DNA of 64,000 nucleotides from Chloropicon primus (lineage: Eukaryota). A program made the translations under genes and the position numbers. Position 1 is the first letter of the stretch. The number at the start of each line of letters is the position of its first letter. Below, piece by piece: positions 10,771 through 22,273 of this stretch. The stretch is taken from the NCBI GenBank assembly GCA_023205875.1, contig CP060757.1:434001-498000 (forward strand), in the 5' to 3' direction. The notes beneath the pieces were generated by a model. It worked only from the letters and a program-made list of their open reading frames with translations, ran no database searches and had not been told where the DNA came from.

Positions 10771-11676
10771 TCAGAGGACCGAGTGGAACTGGACGAGGCC
10801 GCTTCCGTCGGCAACGCTCCTGATGTAGTAATAGCAGAAGTCCGCGAGTATGAAGGTCTGGACGATCTCGGCGACGAGGGTGAACGCTGCCCAGAGCCTG
10901 CCGGATATCGTGACGGTGAACACGTAGCCAAAGGTGGACGGCTGGATGATCCAGCTCGCGCAGGCGAGGAACCTGGTGATGCCGAGGGCGAAGACGTAGT
11001 CCGCCGTGGACTTCCTCTCGAAGAATCCAACGGAGTCGCTGATGTGCTTCATCACTTTGAGCTGCGGGACCACCGAAATGGCCTCCAGGTAGGTCGAGAA
11101 CGCCCAAAGGACATTGCAGAGCCACGCCACCACCCCGAGGTGCATCTTGACCCCGGGGTTGATGAAGACCGCCACGCCCAAGCAGGGGAGGACGATGTAC
11201 ATCATCTGGTCCTTCCTCGTCATGTCGTTCTTCGAGTCCACCGTGGACGCAAGCTTCGTGTACATGTTGAAGATGACGAGGGCAGTCACGCCGAGGGTGA
11301 GGAAGTCGAGCAGAGTGTGGTGGTTCCCCTCGAAGAGGGCGCCGGACACAACGCGCGCCGCGAGGTACATGGCCGTGTTCTCCTGCGTGCGGAGCGACAG
11401 GCCCTCGCAGCTCTTCTCCTTGAGGAGCTTCCGCATCAGGATGAGAATGCCGAAGAAGTGGACGATCTCCATCGCGATGAAGACCACGTCCACCTGCCCG
11501 CCGAACACCCACTCCACGAGCGCGTAGATGAGCCCGATGAACACTGCGGAGAAGGCCAACGCCCCCAAAGCCGCTTGGCCTCGACTCGCACCCCTAATCC
11601 TCGTCAAAACCTCGTCCGTCGTCTTCCGCGTGACGGTCTCGAAGCCGCCCGCTACCCTCCGTCTCGCTGGCTCCAT
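10771..11676 (-). CDS. ER lumen protein-retaining receptor family (ERD2-related, plant ERP type)
   Basis: KSCEGLSLRTQE, LWAFSTYLEAISVVPQL, YVFALGITRFL and VQTFILADFCYYY, plus an extra N-terminal TM segment. Confidence 0.9.
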   Translation of the reverse strand: MEPARRRVAGGFETVTRKTTDEVLTRIRGASRGQAALGALAFSAVFIGLIYALVEWVFGGQVDVVFIAMEIVHFFGILILMRKLLKEKSCEGLSLRTQENTAMYLAARVVSGALFEGNHHTLLDFLTLGVTALVIFNMYTKLASTVDSKNDMTRKDQMMYIVLPCLGVAVFINPGVKMHLGVVAWLCNVLWAFSTYLEAISVVPQLKVMKHISDSVGFFERKSTADYVFALGITRFLACASWIIQPSTFGYVFTVTISGRLWAAFTLVAEIVQTFILADFCYYYIRSVADGSGLVQFHSVL

Positions 11677-11912
11677 CTTCTCCACTCCGTTCACCTCGCC
11701 CCCGTGATGCCTCGCCCTCTCCCGCCCGCCTCGACGCAAGCGTTAGTTTTTTTGGAAAACCCTCAAGCTTGAGAAAACGTCCATGGGGGAGGCCCCAAAG
11801 ATATTTTCAGTGGCGGACAATGGCGGACAATGGCGTGTGGACTACAAGGTTAAGGAGCAATGTGTGTGTAATGTTTTTCGTTTTTTTCCTGATGTGTACG
11901 ACAGGGATCCCC

Positions 11913-13558
11913 TCACGGCGTTGCGTCGGACGGCTGCCTCTTGAGCTCGTCCAGAGTGGACTGCGTCTGCGCCAATTTCATCTTCGTGGCGATGAGCTCC
12001 TCGATCATGTCCTCCTTCCGGGGTGAGACCATGGTCGCCGCCTGCGATGCCGCGACACCTGCGGTGGCGTCGGGGGACGTGGGTTTCTGGCCGCCGCCTC
12101 CCCTCCTGCCGCCGCCGCGCTCCTTCCTCAAGCTTGCATTCTCACATTTCAGCGCGTCGCAGAGCGCCTGGAGCTGGGAATTCTCCGCTTCCCTCTCCGC
12201 ATCCCGGCTCTGGAGCCTCTGCTTCAGCAGGTCGTTCTCCGACTTGAGCTGCGCGCACTGCGTTCTCAGCAGCTCCGTCTCCTGGGAAAGCTTGCTGAGC
12301 TGCTGCGCCAGATCCGGGCTGGCGCAAGTGCTGTCACTTCTCTCGTCGCCGTCACGGGCACCAGCGTCGTAACGGGCGGGGTGCCCGTCGTCATCGTCCG
12401 CAACTGCGCCGAATGGGTTCACGGGGGCCGCCTCCACGGCCGTCGTGGCGGCGGGCGCGGCTGAGGAGCCAGGCCCGGGCTCGCCAAAGAGATTCCGCTT
12501 GATCGACGGGTCCGCCGCTGCCGCGGTTGCGATCGCCGGAGCCGTGTTCCGCCGCTGGTGGCTCGGGGTAGGCTTCGGCGTCAGCTTCCTTGCGATAGCC
12601 TGCAGCTTGCCTTGCCACCCCGTGCTCTCTTCCTCCTCCTCGCTGCTGCTGTGAAGTATGTCAATGGATTGCTGTATGAGCGACGCGGGAGACGCCACCG
12701 CCTCGGGGGAGGGCAAGTCGTGCAGACTGGCCGACAGATTCTTGCCGGAGCCCGACGCTTCGTCCAAGGCCAAGCTCGCCTTGCGATCATTGTGGAATCG
12801 TGCGGAGAGACTCCTGGTCGTGAGGGCAAGCAGCGCCGACGCAGGTGCGCGGTGTCAGTTCACATTTTCCTGTCGTTCGCCTTGGCAAGACGGGCCTCCG
12901 GTCCTGTTGCCTACCTGTGCGAAGGGTCGCCGGAACCAGTCACCGGACTTGGGCTCGGGGAGCCCGCGAAACCATCCTCGTCCTCCTCGTCTACGAGCTC
13001 CGTGCTGATGACAAAAAATATCTTGATACCCGACGACGCGTTGAGCTCGCAAAAAGCCCTGTTGAACTGCGACTCGAGCTTGCAGTAGTCCCTCATGTCG
13101 AACTTCACCTTGCCAAGCGTTTTCTTCGTCCGGGAGTCCTTCACCTTCAGCGAGTAACCTGGAGTCGAGGGTGTTTGCGCAAACACAAGGCTCGTGTGTC
13201 AGGGCCGACGACTAATGACAAGGAGGGCCCTTGGGAGGCCAGTGTGAGACTTCTTACTCTTCTTCGAGGCTTTCAGGTTCCCCTCGTCGACTTGAAAATA
13301 AATAGTAACAACCTGCGTGAGCTCTCCCCTCCACTCCGCCTTCCTGTCCTCCACCTCCGCATCGTCCGTCGCGATCTCCTTCCCCCCCCTCACCCAAGCA
13401 AAGTACGCCGTAGCTGCCCCCCTCTGCCCAATGTTCTCCGCCGTGAGTTCGGACAACGTCACCCGAAACTTCAAGGGCTGGGCCGTCAAGTGCTTCGCCG
13501 CGTGCTTGAATTTCGCGAACGCCGCCTTCGGCTTGTCCACCCTTACCTTCTCCATCAT
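11913..13558 (-). CDS. NT-type C2 (EEIG1/EHBP1-like) domain protein with C-terminal coiled coil, 3 exons (13558-13258, 13158-12915, 12813-11913)
   Basis: The N-terminus (KFRVTLSEL...FAWVRGGK...AEWRGEL...YSLKVKD...TLGKVKFDMRDY) fits NT-C2. Introns 13257-13159 and 12914-12814 are GT-AG with CTGAC and keep the frame. Confidence 0.75.
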
Positions 13559-13712
13559 CACCTCCCTTCACCCCTCCCACTCGCCCTCGCTCAAACCTCC
13601 TCGGAAGCGTTAAGCGCGTTTCAATGGTCATGAGGAGAGCCTCGAAGTGAAGTGAAGGGGAAGGGGAAGGGGAAGGGGAAGGGCGTAGAGTGGAGTGGAG
13701 GAGGCGGTGGAG

Positions 13713-14438
13713 ATGTCGAAGCTGTCGAGGGGGTTGAGTTTCGGAAGGAGCGCTTCGCTCCACAGGGGTGTGGGGCTCGAGGACGACGATGGCGGAGAGG
13801 TTCGCACGGTGGCGCCTGCAACGAGCGTCGGGGAGGGGAAGAGGGAAGGCTCTTCGGTGGGAGGGGAGATCGTGGTGACCGAGCTGACGATGGACCTCAT
13901 AGACGGCTACGTCAAGTGTCACAATGACGGGTTCGGGAGCAAGGTTTGCTGCCTGTGCTGCCCTGTAGCGACGAACCAGGGGGACACCCTTCGGTACTAC
14001 ACGGAGAACCCCGATCGTCTGCAGTTTTGCGGAGTCGCAGTGCGCAAGAGCGATCCGCTCACCCCTCTCGGCCAGGTCCAGATCGCCCCGTTCCCCCTCC
14101 AGGACAAGAACAGCCTGCACAAGGTCAAGCCGGGGGAGACCTACGTGGAGGAGATCAGCGTTTCTGCGGGCGCCAGAGGGTTGGGCATCGGCACCAAACT
14201 CTTGCAGTGGGCAGAAGATACGGCGAGGAAGGCGGGCTCAAACCACATGACGCTCGGAGTGCTGAACGGCAATCCAGCCCAAAGGCTTTATGAGCGCGTG
14301 GGCTACAGGGTGATCGAGTGCGACGACGCCATAGAAAAGTGTTGCGCTTGCTTCTTCGTCACCTTGTTTGTGGGAAGGCCGTATGGTTTGTGTGACCCGC
14401 ATTGGGGTGCCGTGGATATGAGGAAGGACTTGCCATAG
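13713..14438 (+). CDS. GNAT family N-acetyltransferase
   Basis: Acetyl-CoA motif A YVEEISVSAGARGLGIGTKLL and motif B LGVLNGNPAQRLYERVGY; Cys-rich segments. Confidence 0.88.
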   Translation: MSKLSRGLSFGRSASLHRGVGLEDDDGGEVRTVAPATSVGEGKREGSSVGGEIVVTELTMDLIDGYVKCHNDGFGSKVCCLCCPVATNQGDTLRYYTENPDRLQFCGVAVRKSDPLTPLGQVQIAPFPLQDKNSLHKVKPGETYVEEISVSAGARGLGIGTKLLQWAEDTARKAGSNHMTLGVLNGNPAQRLYERVGYRVIECDDAIEKCCACFFVTLFVGRPYGLCDPHWGAVDMRKDLP

Positions 14439-14542
14439 AAAAGCGTTGCGCCTCTTGCTTCTTCGTCACCTTGTTTCTGGGAAAGGACTAATTTATACTA
14501 ATTTACTTGTTGGTTGTACATTGAAGGCTCTTCAGGCCGACT

Positions 14543-16120
14543 CTAGCCCAAGCTGCCGATCCTCGCAACGTGCTCGAGATGACTTAAACTCCTTGACAGA
14601 GAAGATGCCCCAGCACCATTCTCCCCAGTCGTCTCCTCGAACGTTGGATTCATTCCTGGAAGCCCCCTGATGGACGAGGAGGCTGGGACGACAGCTCTCG
14701 GAGCACTGCGTGCTTCGTTTCCGCCCAGCAAGGGCTCCTCGAGCTCTCCCTCGTTGTCCTTCAAGGCCTCCACAGCTTTCTGGATGTCCTTCTCCAAGGC
14801 CACCAGAGGCGTTATGGGCAACGCAAAAAGCACCACGCCAAGCAGCTGGATGACTGCCGTGATCAGAAAGGTGGTGCTGTAGCCGGAAAGCTTGACGAGA
14901 TGGCCGCCAAGCACAGCGCTGCCGCTCCATCCGAAAGATGAGATGGATTCTAGCGTATTCCAACGCCCCCTGTACTCTTTTGGAACGTAATCCGCGATGA
15001 TGGAGTACGCCAGGCCTCCCGTGGACCATTGAAAGCCACACCTCAATAAGTACACCGTCACCATGACCTCTGCGTTATGGTACTGCGAACGCATCAGGGC
15101 CATCGCGAGGGTGTGCCCGATGCCAAGAAAGTTGAAACACACTATGACCTGCATCCTGCCCCACGTCTTCGAAAGCTTCGTCGCGATGAGGGTGAAGGCG
15201 ACAACGACGCTGGGCAAAATAATGTACAAGATCTGCAATGTGACTGGACTCAGGCCGCACTCATCCGCAAAGAAGATCGGAAAGAACTTGACTGACATGC
15301 CGGCCCCCAAACTGAAAAACAGGTTCAAGCCGAACAGGAACCAAGGGATCATTTCGGTCGTTATGAACCCCAGAACCTTCTTGCCGTCCCCCTGACGCCC
15401 CCCGAGCACCTCCGCCGCTTCCCCCTCGATCCTCGAAATCGCCTCTGACTCCTTGCCGAGCGCAAGATCGTCGTCAAAGAAAATGCAGAGGATGATACAA
15501 GGCACCGTCGCCGCGCAACCTATGTAAATGATCAGCTTCATTTGCTCCATGGTCCACTCGTTCTCGCCCTCCGCGAACGATATCAAACTCACTATCGGGC
15601 CAGCAATCGAAGCTATGTTCCAAATCACACCGTAATACAGCTCCATGTCGCTCCTATAGCCTGCCGGAGTGCTGTCATCCAACAGCGCCATCAGGGGCCC
15701 GCCCACTATGCCGTTCGTGACGCCTCCTATCGACAAGGCGACGCACAGGATGATGAAGGACCTCATCGAGTCCTGGGTCGCTATGTCTGTGGCGTACGCG
15801 AGCAGTCCTATGAAGATGATCCACAGCAAACCCCCGGCCCATAGAAGGTACTTCCTCTTGTACTTGTCCGCCAGCCAACCGATCGGAAAAGCAGTGACCA
15901 GCTGAGCCAGGCCCTGCAGACCTTCCGCGAGGCCGAAGAGCAACGTGTTCCCATCGGCAACCTTGAGCAAGAACACCGGAAACACGTTGGTCGAGTAAAT
16001 GTTGTTCGCGAAGCTGAACACGCCTGTTAGCGTGAAACCCAAAAGGAGGTTTCGATTCAGCTTCAGCCCTGACTTGCCCGTTGTCCCCCCCTCCCGCCCG
16101 GTGCCCTCCACCGAGGCCAT
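14543..16120 (-). CDS. Major facilitator superfamily transporter
   Basis: About 12 hydrophobic segments; motif A GWLADKYKRK and LSKTWGR; YSIIADYVPKEYRGRW. An alternative upstream ATG at 16243 is less likely. Confidence 0.88.
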   Translation of the reverse strand: MASVEGTGREGGTTGKSGLKLNRNLLLGFTLTGVFSFANNIYSTNVFPVFLLKVADGNTLLFGLAEGLQGLAQLVTAFPIGWLADKYKRKYLLWAGGLLWIIFIGLLAYATDIATQDSMRSFIILCVALSIGGVTNGIVGGPLMALLDDSTPAGYRSDMELYYGVIWNIASIAGPIVSLISFAEGENEWTMEQMKLIIYIGCAATVPCIILCIFFDDDLALGKESEAISRIEGEAAEVLGGRQGDGKKVLGFITTEMIPWFLFGLNLFFSLGAGMSVKFFPIFFADECGLSPVTLQILYIILPSVVVAFTLIATKLSKTWGRMQVIVCFNFLGIGHTLAMALMRSQYHNAEVMVTVYLLRCGFQWSTGGLAYSIIADYVPKEYRGRWNTLESISSFGWSGSAVLGGHLVKLSGYSTTFLITAVIQLLGVVLFALPITPLVALEKDIQKAVEALKDNEGELEEPLLGGNEARSAPRAVVPASSSIRGLPGMNPTFEETTGENGAGASSLSRSLSHLEHVARIGSLG

Positions 16121-16241
16121 GCCGGCTTCGACTTCGTCTGCTTCGCCTTCTTGCTGAGCGAGAAAAAAACGCTTGGCTGCAAGAGCGATGATGCAGAGCG
16201 CGACGCGGAGACTGCGGAGGCTGCGGCGGCAGTGTACGGCC

Positions 16242-17160
16242 ATGGTGGGAGGGGCGGCGACGGGGGCGGCGGCGGTAAGCCTTGGTCCTGGACCTGCCGC
16301 GTCTTCTCCTTCTCCTCCTCCTTCTTCTTCTTCTTCGGCTTGTGCCGCGTCGACGTCGGAAGGGGGGAGAACAGGAAGGAAGGCAAGGATTTTGTGTCTC
16401 CATGGTTACGAGAACTCCGGGCCGATACTAAGGAAGCAGCTCGCGATGGCGGGGTGGCTCAAAGAGTTCGACAGTGTTTGCGACTTTGTGTTCTTGACGG
16501 GGCCCTTCGAATCGGCCTTGCCAGGTGAGGGCTTTGCGCGGATCCCCACACTGTGGCTTTCGGAGAGTTTTTGACTGACACACAGAGAGTATTCCTTCTC
16601 GCCCTCCCTCTTTTCGTTCTCGCGGTGGACGCTTCTCGGAACGACGCGCTCCTCCAGTGACTCCGATCGTCGAGCAATTCTTTCCAGACGACCCAAAGTG
16701 CCAGTGGTTCCGGAAAATGGAGCATCTCGAGGAGGGTGGGGTGAGATACGCCGGCCTGGACGTTGGGTTTGAGACGATAGGCAAAGCACTGGCTGAGCAG
16801 GGACCGTTCGACGGGGTTCTCGGCTTCTCCCAGGGCGCGGCGTTGAGCTTCTACACGGCTGCCAAGCAGCAGAACGGCGAGTTAGTGCCCCCCGACGGCG
16901 GAAAGCTGAAGTTTGCCATCATAATCGCAGGGTTCACGCCGAGGGACCTCAACCACCGGTACTTGTTCAACTCTCAGCTGGAGACGCCCACCTGCCACAT
17001 CTGGGGCGACCACGACGTCCTCAAATTCAAGTCGGAGGAGGCCACGAAAAACTGCGTGGAGCCGCTCGTCCTCAACCACAAGGCTGGCCATAAAGTGCCG
17101 AAATTGAGCCAGACCCAAGTCGGGCTTCTGAGCGACTTTATCCACAAGGCAATGCAGTGA
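16242..17160 (+). CDS. FSH1/OVCA2 family serine hydrolase, 2 exons (16242-16524, 16658-17160)
   Basis: RILCLHGY, GPFDGVLGFSQGA nucleophile elbow, HIWGDHD and HKAGHKVP. Intron 16525-16657 (GTGAGG...ACTGAC...CAG) is in frame. Confidence 0.9.
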
Positions 17161-17482
17161 CTTAAATTAAGCGTTGCTGGCAGCGGGTCCAAGACACGCG
17201 CACACACATTTGGTATTCACGTATTTTTTTCCTAGGACAACCTTCGTCCCCTCTCCTTCACCGATGGGTGGATGTCCCGTTCTCTCCCCCACCGCTTGCC
17301 CCTTCCTCCCTTCCTCCACGGCAAGGACACAGAGACAGATACGGACGTCTTCCTGCAAGCTTTCTCCACACACACACACACACACACACATTGTATCACA
17401 TTGTATCCTTCCTTCCTTCCATCCTCATCATCTTGTCCCTGTGCCCTCCTCCCTCGCCGTTATATGGCTGGGCGCCCAAAAT

Positions 17483-17487
<5 letters not shown>

Positions 17488-17539
<52 letters not shown>
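17488..17539. repeat. (GA)n microsatellite just upstream of ATG 17560
   Basis: Direct reading of the sequence. Confidence 0.95.
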
Positions 17540-17559
17540 GACACACAAGACCACGCACA

Positions 17560-18434
17560 ATGGCGCCACAATGGGTGAAGGAGTACTGCGAGAAGCACGA
17601 CCTGCAGAAGATGTTCGAGGAAGCGGCGAACGCGGTCGTGAAGGCGAGGGCAGAGGAGCCCGCGGCCTTTTTGGTAAGTTGAAGGTGGAGGCAAACCGTT
17701 CCGTTTGTTTTTTGCAAAGTTGCAAAAGGGATGCGAGGCGACGCTCTCAAGTGCAGAAGTGAAGAGGGTGGTGGGAGAGGGGGCTGTCGCGGGAGAGGAC
17801 GACACTCGCGTGTGACCGAGGACTGTCGAGGTGAAAGCGGTCGACCTGACTCAACCAATTCCCTTCGCTTGTTATTTTTCTTTCCCTTTGGTTTTCTTCG
17901 ATCACATCTTTCGGACCCGCAATTCAGGTGACGTACTTCCAGAGCTTGCAGAAGAAGGCCTCCGAGGCCATCGTCAAGGACGAGGCGGAGGCCCCTGCCC
18001 CTGCCGCGGAGCCAACGGAAGCCCCTGCGAGCGAAGCTCCCGTGGCGCAGGCGGAGAACACCGAGGCTGCTGCCCCAACTCCAATGGAAGCGGACCCTGC
18101 ACCTGAGGCCGAAGCTGCCGAGCCAGAGGCCCCGGCCCCAGTTGCGGAGCCTGAAGCTGCGGCGGAAGACCCTGCGGAGGAGGAGGCGCCCATGGAAGCC
18201 GAGCCAACCCCCGCGCCGGAGGAGGCTGCTCCTGCCCCAGCCGAGCCAGAGGCCCCCGCGGAGGAACCTGCCGCCGAGCCGGAGCCCGCCGCTGCCCCTG
18301 AGCCAGAGCCCCCCGCCGCGGAGGAGCCTGCCCCAGAAGCCGAGGACGCTCCTGAACCAGAGGCCCCTGCCCCGGCGGAGGAGGCCGCTCCAGCGCCAGT
18401 GGAAGGGGAGGCCCCACCTGAGGAGGCCTCTTAG
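17560..18434 (+). CDS. Small protein with N-terminal RIIa/Dpy-30-like dimerisation-docking helix pair and Ala/Glu/Pro-rich acidic tail, 2 exons (17560-17673, 17928-18434)
   Basis: The spliced product begins MAPQWVKEYCEKHDLQKMFEEAANAVVKARAEEPAAFL-VTYFQSL. Intron 17674-17927 (GTAAGT...CTGAC...CAG) is phase 0; TGTAA at 18461. Confidence 0.72.
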
Positions 18435-18872
18435 ATCAAACCTCCTTGTCTTTCCAACGCTGTAATCCAAAACGAACTATCTATTCCTTCATTCGCTGCC
18501 TGCCTGCCTCCCTCTTGTCCTCCCTCCTCGCCCTCGCTTTCGCCCCCCTCACAAGGACAAGGCTCCTGGGCAATCTTCGCTAATCTCCAACCCTCTCTCC
18601 AGAGACAGACAGAGAGAGGAGACAAAGACAGAGGATCCAAAAGAACCTCCTCCTGCCTCCTGCCATCAGGAGGGATAAAAAACTTGCCATCCATCCTTCC
18701 ACTGTTGCCCCCCAGCCTCCCCATCTCTCCCTCCTGGCTAGGTTTTTCCTTCTCGAAAATCTCCGCTAGAGAGAGAGAGGGCGAGGGCGAGGCGATCGAT
18801 CGCGCGTCGCGGAGCCGACGGGAATTGCAGTAGGTCTTGTCTTGTAGACGGACGGACGGACGGAGGTGAAAG

Positions 18873-21800
18873 ATGTCCTCGAAGGACGCGAAGCGATTCT
18901 TCAACTCGGGAGCCAAGAAAGGTAAGCGACGGACGGACGGCGTCACTCGCTCGGCTCGCGCGCGCACGGCCTTGCCAACACAAGCAAGGCATGGGCCGGG
19001 CGGTAGGGACGGCATGGAGGGGGAGGGGGGAGGGGTCTGGACGCGTGGACGAACCCGTTGAAGGGGCGGCTTGTCGCTGAAGGTCCCCCACGAGTGATGC
19101 GTCCCCTCCTTTGTTTTCGAATTTGACGTCGTGAACCGCTCTGCTAACTTTTCTTTTCTTTCCTGTGTCTCTCTGTCTGTCTCTGCGATGGAAACCCAAA
19201 ACGAACTGACGCGCAGGCGAGATCCATGAGCTCAAGCAGGAGCTCAAGACGCCGGACAAGTCCAAGAAAAAGGATGTGGTCAAGAAGGTGAGGAAAGACG
19301 AGACGAGGCGAGACGCTTCTCTGAGGTGTTTTTTGTTTGTTTGGAGAGAACAACATGAACAAGCTGACACGCGGCCCCCTTTTGTTTCTTCTTTTGTGCT
19401 CAGGTTATTGCGGCCATGACAGTCGGCCACGACGTCGCCCCACTCTTTCCTGACGTGGTCAATTGCATGCAGACGGACGACATGGAGCTGAAGAAGCTGG
19501 TTTATCTGTATCTGATAAATTACGCAAAGACCCAGCCCGACCTGACCTTGATGGCTGTCAACACGTTTGTGAAAGACTCGCTGGACCCGAGCCCACTGAT
19601 CAGAGCCCTTGCCGTGAGGACGATGGGGTGCATTAGGGTCGATAAGATCACCGAGTACCTCTGCGACCCCCTGGCGAGGTGCCTGAAGGACAGTGATCCT
19701 TACGTGAGGAAAACCAGTGCAGTGTGCGTGGCAAAGCTGTACGACATCTCTCCCGAGCTCGTGGAGGAGAGGGGTTTCCTGGAGAACCTGAAGGACATGA
19801 TCTCGGACGCGAATCCAATGGTGGTCGCGAATTCGGTGGCTGCTTTGTCAGAGATACACAGCATGTCAGGCAAGCCGGTCTTTGATCTGAACAGCCAGAC
19901 GATCTTCAAGCTCCTTGCGGCCTTGAACGAGTGTACGGAGTGGGGACAGGTCTTCATCTTGGACTCCCTCGTGGACTACAACCCAAAAGACTCAAAGGAT
20001 GCTGAGAGCGTGATCGAGAGGATCATCCCGAGGCTCCAGCACGCAAACTGCGCAGTTGTGCTCAGCGCCTTGAAAGTCATCCTGAAGTTCTTGAGGTACG
20101 TCAGCGACAATGACTTCAAGGGGCCCATGATGAAGAAACTGGCTGCTCCACTCATTACGTTGCTGAACACGGAGCCCCAAGTGCAGTACGTGGCCCTGAG
20201 AAACATTAACATCATCATTCAGAGGCACAAGGAGGTGTTGTCCAGCAACATCAAGGTCTTCTTCTGCAAGTACAACGACCCCATCTACGTCAAGATGGAG
20301 AAGCTCGAAGCTTTGATCAAGCTGGCAAACGAGGATAACATCGACCAGCTGCTCTTGGAGTTCAAGGAGTACTCCACCGAGATTGACGTCGACTTCGTCA
20401 GGAAGTCCGTCCGGGCTATCGGAAGGTGCGCTGTGTCGATCGCAGAGTCTGCTCAGAAGTGCATCAACGTTCTTCTCGATTTGATCGAGACTAGGGTGAA
20501 CTACGTCGTGCAGGAGGCCGTCATCGTTATCAAGGACATCTTCAGGAAGTACCCCAACAAGTACGAGTCTATCATCTCCACGCTCTGTGAGAACTTGGAT
20601 ACCTTGGACGAGCCAGAGGCGAAGGCATCCATGGTGTGGATCATCGGAGAGTACGCGGATAGGATTGATAACGCTGACGAGCTCCTCGAGACCTTCTTGG
20701 AGACCTTCCCTGAGGAGACTAGCCCGGTGCAGCTGCAGTTGCTCACGGCCACAGTGAAGCTGTTTTTGAAGAAGCCAACAGAGAAGCCCCAGCAGATGAT
20801 CCAACTGGTCCTGTCGAATGCCACCCAGGAAACGGACAACCCAGATCTCAGAGACAGGGCGTACATCTACTGGCGTTTGCTGTCAACGGATCCAGAAGCG
20901 GCAAAGGATGTCATTCTGTCTGAGAAGCCTATTATTGCTGACGACACGAGTGCCCTTGAGCCAGAGATGCTCGACGAGCTCATGAACAACATCGGTACTC
21001 TTGCTTCGGTGTACCAAAAGCTTCCCGACACGTTTGTTGCCCGCGTCAGACCTATGGTTCAGTCTGCAAGCTCATTCAACCCTGAGGCAGATGTCGTTGA
21101 GAATGGCGCTGCTGGTGACGTGATTGCCGAGCAGAGCGCCCCAGTGGATGTGCCAGATTTGCTTGGTGGCTTGGATGGCTTGAACGTCTCTGCTCCAGCG
21201 CCTGCCGGAGATGCCCCTGCCCCAAGTGGAGGTGCGCCGGACTTGATGGGAGACCTCCTGTCCCTTGATGTCGGCGGTGGTGCACCTGCGCCCGCGCCCG
21301 CACAAGCTGCGCCCGCGCAACCTGCCGGTGGGTTCGATCCATTTGGTCTTGACTCTCTGAGTGCTCCCGTCTCTTCCATGCCGGTCCAGCAGACCGAGCT
21401 GCCTGTCATCTTGGCGGCTGACAAGGGGAAGGGCCTGGAGATCCGCGGAAAGCTTGAAAGGTCCGGTGGGCAGATTGTCTACAACCTGTCTTTCAGGAAC
21501 ACAACAGCAGGAGTCTTGGATGGCCTCATGATTCAGTTCAACAAGAACTCTTTCGGCTTGCTTCCTGGGGGTGCACTCCAAGTTCCTGCACTCCAGCCTG
21601 GTAGTTCTGGTGCCGCAAAACTCCCAATAAACGTAAACGTGCAAGGCGCGAACCCTGCTCCTGCTCGTAGTGCCCTCCAGGTTGCGATCAAGTGCAGCCA
21701 ACTGGGTGTTCTGTACCTTAGCGACACCATTTCTCTTGGTGCGGTCTTGACCGAGGAGGGGCGTTTGCAGTATCCAAACTTCCAACAGATGTGGCAGGCA

Positions 21801-22070
21801 GCACCTCCAGCAAACTCCCAAACACAGGTCTTCCAGGTGGCGGGCGCCTCTCAAGATGCAGTGGTAGCAAAGCTTGAGAGTGGGGGACTCTTCTGCGTGG
21901 GCAAGCAGATGAATGCTGCGCATTTTTCAGGCAAGCTAGTTTTGGGAGCTCTGGCTCTTGTAGAAGTTGCCATGCAGCCTGGGAGTCCAGCAGTCCAAGT
22001 GACCTGTAAGAGTCAGCGTGTGGATCTCCTGCCTCTGCTCATGGAGTTTGTGGGCAAAACGATGCTCTGA
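18873..22070 (+). CDS. AP-1/AP-2 complex beta-adaptin, 3 exons (18873-18921, 19217-19287, 19404-22070)
   Basis: [26 protein letters not shown]...[24 protein letters not shown] and [15 protein letters not shown]; hinge with DLL clathrin-box-like motifs and an appendage domain. Both introns are GT-AG. Confidence 0.96.
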
Positions 22071-22273
22071 GCCGCGAAGGGGAAGAATGATGATCGGTTT
22101 TCATCCTTGTCGCTACTAGAAAAGAATTCTAATCGAATTTATTACAAACATTTGGATCGTCCACTCCACACCCCAAGCAAATCTAACGAGAATCGCCATG
22201 TTATAAATGCTGGACCCCAACAAAATAACTAAACGCACACCTTTCCCTTTCTCCTCTCTCCCCGACTCAAAAT

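Noticed and set aside
10422..11030. 200-aa N-terminal extension of the CDK ORF overlapping the ERD2-like gene
   Set aside because: Low-complexity alternative frame; the kinase more plausibly starts at ATG 10421.
16241..16244. Shared CATG giving overlapping start codons for the MFS and FSH1 genes
   Set aside because: The MFS more plausibly starts at 16120; the extension cannot be supported without transcript data.
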